Source: Amoebidium appalachense (Eukaryota > Protista > Ichthyosporea). From it: a stretch of 64,000 nucleotides of DNA. How positions within the stretch are numbered: the first letter of the stretch is position 1; each line of letters starts with the position of its first letter. This document shows positions 59,890 through 64,000 of this stretch, piece after piece. Made by a program: the position numbers and the translations under genes. The DNA lies in assembly GCA_963693365.1 (NCBI GenBank), contig CAVNZM010000013.1:1575817-1639816 (forward strand), read 5' to 3'. Under the pieces are notes generated by a model that saw only the letters and a program-made list of their open reading frames with translations, was not told the DNA's origin and did no database searches.

Positions 59890-60504
59890 AATTCAAAATA
59901 TAGGGATTTTCCGGGGAGGGAATTGCGGGCCCAATCAGATGGCTCAAATTTATTGAAAGGGAATTGCGGGCCCAATCAGCTTATAAGACTTCAGATAATC
60001 CGATTTTCTCCGGCGCCCAATCAATCATCCAAATGCCGCGAGCCGGCTCCAGGACCATTAATTCGTTTAAGCCAGAGTATGGCAACTTTTGTTTTTACTA
60101 AGCTGCGATGCCATCGTAATGGAGCATAAACCGATGCCAAGTTGCGCACGAGAAAACTTTGCGCTGAAACCATTTTTGTTGCCCCACTCCTGATAACGGC
60201 TTGAGCGGATTGACCAAAATGGAAGGAGATCGGAATGCACCGTAACCAGGAATAAGCGTTATCACTATTTGTTTGACCCGGCCCTATGGCGCCCTGCGTA
60301 GGTGCGCAGGGGATATTGGTACTACCAAAATGTAAGGGTGTTACTAATACTAGAAAGATAAAAATAGAATTTTCGAGACGGCCGTGCCCTAGGACGTACT
60401 TACTCACAAAAGAAGGTATTACTAGTCAAACTGATGTGTTAAAGGCGGCTGTGTGTACATGTGGTGAAATGCTTCAAAGTCATGTGTACACATATGTACT
60501 GTAT

Positions 60505-60535
60505 CACGGCCATCTAGAGTCTCTAGATGGCCGTG
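60505..60535. repeat. Perfect palindrome with 15-bp arms
   Basis: CACGGCCATCTAGAG-T-CTCTAGATGGCCGTG. Confidence 0.9.
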
Positions 60536-60874
60536 GTGCTGTATGTACGTGTGACGGCCGGGGGCGGGGAGGCCGGGGGCGGAGGGCATAATACGAAGAG
60601 GGCCACTCATCACGAATTAAAACTCGAAGCCCCGGATTCTCGCGGCCCTCCCGAGAAAGTCCGTAGCCGGGAGCGGGCAAGCTTTGCCAGTGGGGGGAGG
60701 AGGAGGCGAGGAGGGGGGGAGGGGCGGGGGGGGGGGGGGGGACATGGTATGGGGAAGGGGGGGGCCGGGAAGGGGGGAGGGGCCCGGGGTGTGTGTGTGG
60801 GGGGGGGGGGGGGGGGGGGGGGGGGCATGGCATCAGTGGGGAAGGGGGGGCGCCCGGGAAGGGGGGGGAGGGGG

Positions 60875-60909
<35 letters not shown>

Positions 60910-61258
60910 GGGGGGGGGGAGGGGAGGTAGCGCCACAGTGGCTACACCAAAGGGCCTGCGCATATGTCGACTCAGTGCCCCCATCCGAGTCACTCGAACT
61001 TCTCACATCTACCCCCGAGTTTAGTGGGGTTTGGTGCATGCACGTGTTATATCATTAATTCAGCACCATCGCGGCTCTGAAGCTGATTCAATTGATACTA
61101 TGATAAGAAGGATAACTGGTAGTACTAATGAAAGCAACGCAATGGCTAGCGATGTTGGGGCTCAGTTGGAACTTCCAACCCTTGCCCTCCTCCCCCCCCC
61201 CCACCACCACCACCACGTGCACCACCACCACACACACACACGTGATACACATACACAT

Positions 61259-61315
<57 letters not shown>

Positions 61316-61974
61316 TTTTATAACAATAAAAAAAGTAGGAATAACATTTGAATGTGTCGTGGATTTTCGAATCCGAAAACGCACAACATACATAGGAGAT
61401 GTCAATTTGTCATATCATGATGTCAAAAGTATACAAGCCATGGCCATGGACCAATGCGCCACCACATCCCCCAGGGGGAAAGCGCTAACGGCGCGCGCGC
61501 GCCGTGTGTGTGTGTGTGTGGTAGGCCGCGGGGGGGGGGGGGGGGGGGGGGGGGGGAAGAAAGAAGAGGGAAGAGGGGCTAACAATGCATGATCCGGTTG
61601 AATGATGCAAATTTTTATTGTGTGGTCTTTTGAGGGAGGGGACCATGGCCAGCCCAGTAAAATACTCTCTAGTGTAAACCATGCATTAATAACTAAACTA
61701 TTATAACTATTCTGCGTATAAAATACATGAACCGATTTTCATATGCTTAATGCTAACCATCTCATAACTCAGATACTAAACTTTTGCACTAAAATAGTGT
61801 AGTACAGAGCTCCAGAGCTTTTCAAGCCTATTCAATTTCATCTTTTAATTCTTCTTCTTTTTTTTGGAGGGGGGTAACCATGCCTAGGAGACTTTGGGGT
61901 GATAGTAGAGGAATATGGTGTAATAGGCAGGTCAAATATCAAGCCAAAAGAAAAAAAAGAAATCAACCCCCCCC

Positions 61975-62546
61975 TTATTTTGCATTCATCGCCTCGATAA
62001 TGCGGCGCGCCGTCTCTGCCGTCGACGCGTAATTCTGGCCGGTGATCAAGCGCCCATCGACAACCGTATTTGGGGCATAAACCCCGAAAGCGATGTAATT
62101 TGCGCCCATCTGTTTCAGTTTATCCTCCACCGTAAACGGGGTCTGAACGTACAGATTCCCGCGAATTTGGTCTTCGAAATTGCTCAAGCCGGTAACCCTT
62201 TTCCCCTTAACAAGCATCTCGCCGTTGGACAAACGAATGCTCGTGAGCGCTCCCGACCCGTGGCACACAGAGCCAACCACGCCGCCGTTTTCGTAGACTT
62301 TTGCGGAAATTCTTGCAAAAGTCGGGTTTCCGGCGACGTCAAACATTAACCCCGTACCTCCGGGGTAGAAAACGGCGTCGAAGGTTTGTGTTTCGGCCTG
62401 GCTTGCGCTGATCGTAGTGCGCATGAGTTGCTGCGCCTCCGTGTCTGTTTGGAACTTTGTACAGTCGTCGTTTAGGGCGAACACCAACCTCTGAGGGCAG
62501 AAATCGACGCTGAATGGCTCGACCTGTGATAAAAGAAAAAGAACAA

Positions 62547-62587
<41 letters not shown>

Positions 62588-62824
62588 TAAGTGCCTGTTT
62601 GGGTTATGTGCGACTTGAATGGGTTTACGGGTATTTTGTCGACAACTTGGAGATGTCTACCGGCACATACCGGTCAAAAGCCATGTGTATAAATCGTTGC
62701 GGTTTGTGGTTAATGGTTGAAGGGATGTAGGATGAGTGTGTGTGTGAGATAATCTCCAGAGTTTCCTTTTTAGCCCAAATGGGCAATGGTTTGAGAACCC
62801 GTGACTGAGCTAAGTGCACGGTAT

Positions 62825-62892
<68 letters not shown>

Positions 62893-63144
62893 TGGGTTGG
62901 CTTCTGTGATGCTCCGTGTGTATGTGTGTATGTGCCTTTGCGCAAACATGCCTGTATATGCATTTGCGGCAAATTCGTGAGCAAGTACACATGATAACAA
63001 TGGTGTTAACAAAAAACAACAATTATACTCACGCCACCAAGAAGAACAAAAAGAGCAGCAACAACAACAACGATAAAGCCGGAAATAAAAAAAAAGAAAA
63101 GCAAGCAAAAAAAAATGATTCGAATCGTCCACTTCCCTTCCTCC

Positions 63145-63177
<33 letters not shown>

Positions 63178-63179
63178 CC

Positions 63180-63210
<31 letters not shown>

Positions 63211-63571
63211 AGGTGGAGGGGGCCGAAGGAGGTGAAGAGGAAAAAACAAGCAATAACAGATACATGTGTAAGCAGCCCCTTACCTGGCTGACACCCCCCT
63301 TTGGGCTAGCAAACACCACCTCAAATCCAGCCCTCTTGAACGGATAGTAGGCGTTGGCAACCTCAGGCAAGAAGTACCCCGTTTCTCTGGGCCCACCACG
63401 CCCATTGACCGACTTCCAATTTGTCACGGGCATGAGCACGCGCTTTTTGCGATTGGCCGCCTGGGGTGGGATAGGGGCAGGGGCCAATACAACCGGAGCC
63501 GGTGCAGCCTGAACATACGGTGCGGGGGCGGGGGCAGGAGCGACTTGCACGGGCGCCGGAGCTGGGGTTGC
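61975..63571 (-). CDS. DJ-1/PfpI family (Hsp31/glyoxalase III-like) protein, last two exons 63571-63284 and 62523-61975; 5' part upstream or off window
   Basis: Motifs TGYFLPEV, ASPKGG, FYPGGTG, VCHG, VTG and DGRLITGQN. Phase-0 GTAAG...ACAG intron. Pro/Ala-rich segment before the domain. Confidence 0.92.
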
Positions 63572-64000
63572 CTGTTGTGTAACTGTGGTGAAGTGGAGAA
63601 ATGGTGGGATTTTGGAGGGGGGGGGGGGTGGGGGGGGGGTCAGTGGTTGGAAAAAAGTACATTTTCGCGACGGAGAGCACATAGCAGATTGAAGAGCTCA
63701 CAAAAAGCTAGGTTTAGTAAACTGCGAGCAGCAGGTGAGTGAGGCAGAGTCGGCGGAAGTTGGGGGAAAGGGGAAAGGGGAGGTGGGGTGGGGTGTGTGT
63801 GTGTGGGGGGGGGGGGGGGGGGGGGGGGGATGGGGAAGAAGGAAGGGGGAGGGGGGGTGGGGGGGGGGGGGGTAAGAGGGTGTTGAAGGTGTGTTTTTTG
63901 TTATTGTTGTATTCTTTGCCTCCGGTGGGGAGAGGGGAGAGGGGGCAGTAACGAGAAGTAGTTTTGTAGTTTTGAGGCAAATGAGCGAAAAAGCGCAGAA

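Overview
Eukaryotic genomic DNA, very rich in (CA/GT)n microsatellites and G/C homopolymers. Most listed ORFs are repeat artefacts. The organism cannot be identified from this window, although the gene content would fit a unicellular opisthokont. The left third is a transposon cluster: a near full-length APE/RT LINE (1-4500, minus), a complete Ngaro-type tyrosine-recombinase retrotransposon with split direct repeats (7503-13168), several non-autonomous TIR/hAT elements, and two divergently oriented, intronless long-chain acyl-CoA synthetase copies that are broken at different sites. From about 26.7 kb to at least 52.7 kb on the minus strand, hidden among the microsatellites, I assembled by hand a gene of more than 25 exons with phase-compatible GT-AG junctions (two gaps remain). 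It encodes a class-C/GABA-B-like 7TM receptor whose ectodomain is a PAN/apple-like module plus a family-1 (sugar-type) solute-binding domain. The right end has two 5'-truncated copies of the LINE and the 3' part of a DJ-1/PfpI (Hsp31-like) gene. Most notable observations: (1) at least 7 independent lesions are short inverted templated insertions, a consistent mutational signature; (2) exon 3' ends with their splice donors are repeatedly copied into the downstream intron in four introns of the receptor gene; (3) a two-copy intronic structured RNA shows covariation and hammerhead core motifs in a non-canonical order; (4) the Ngaro recombinase may be expressed through TGATG coupling plus an intron.
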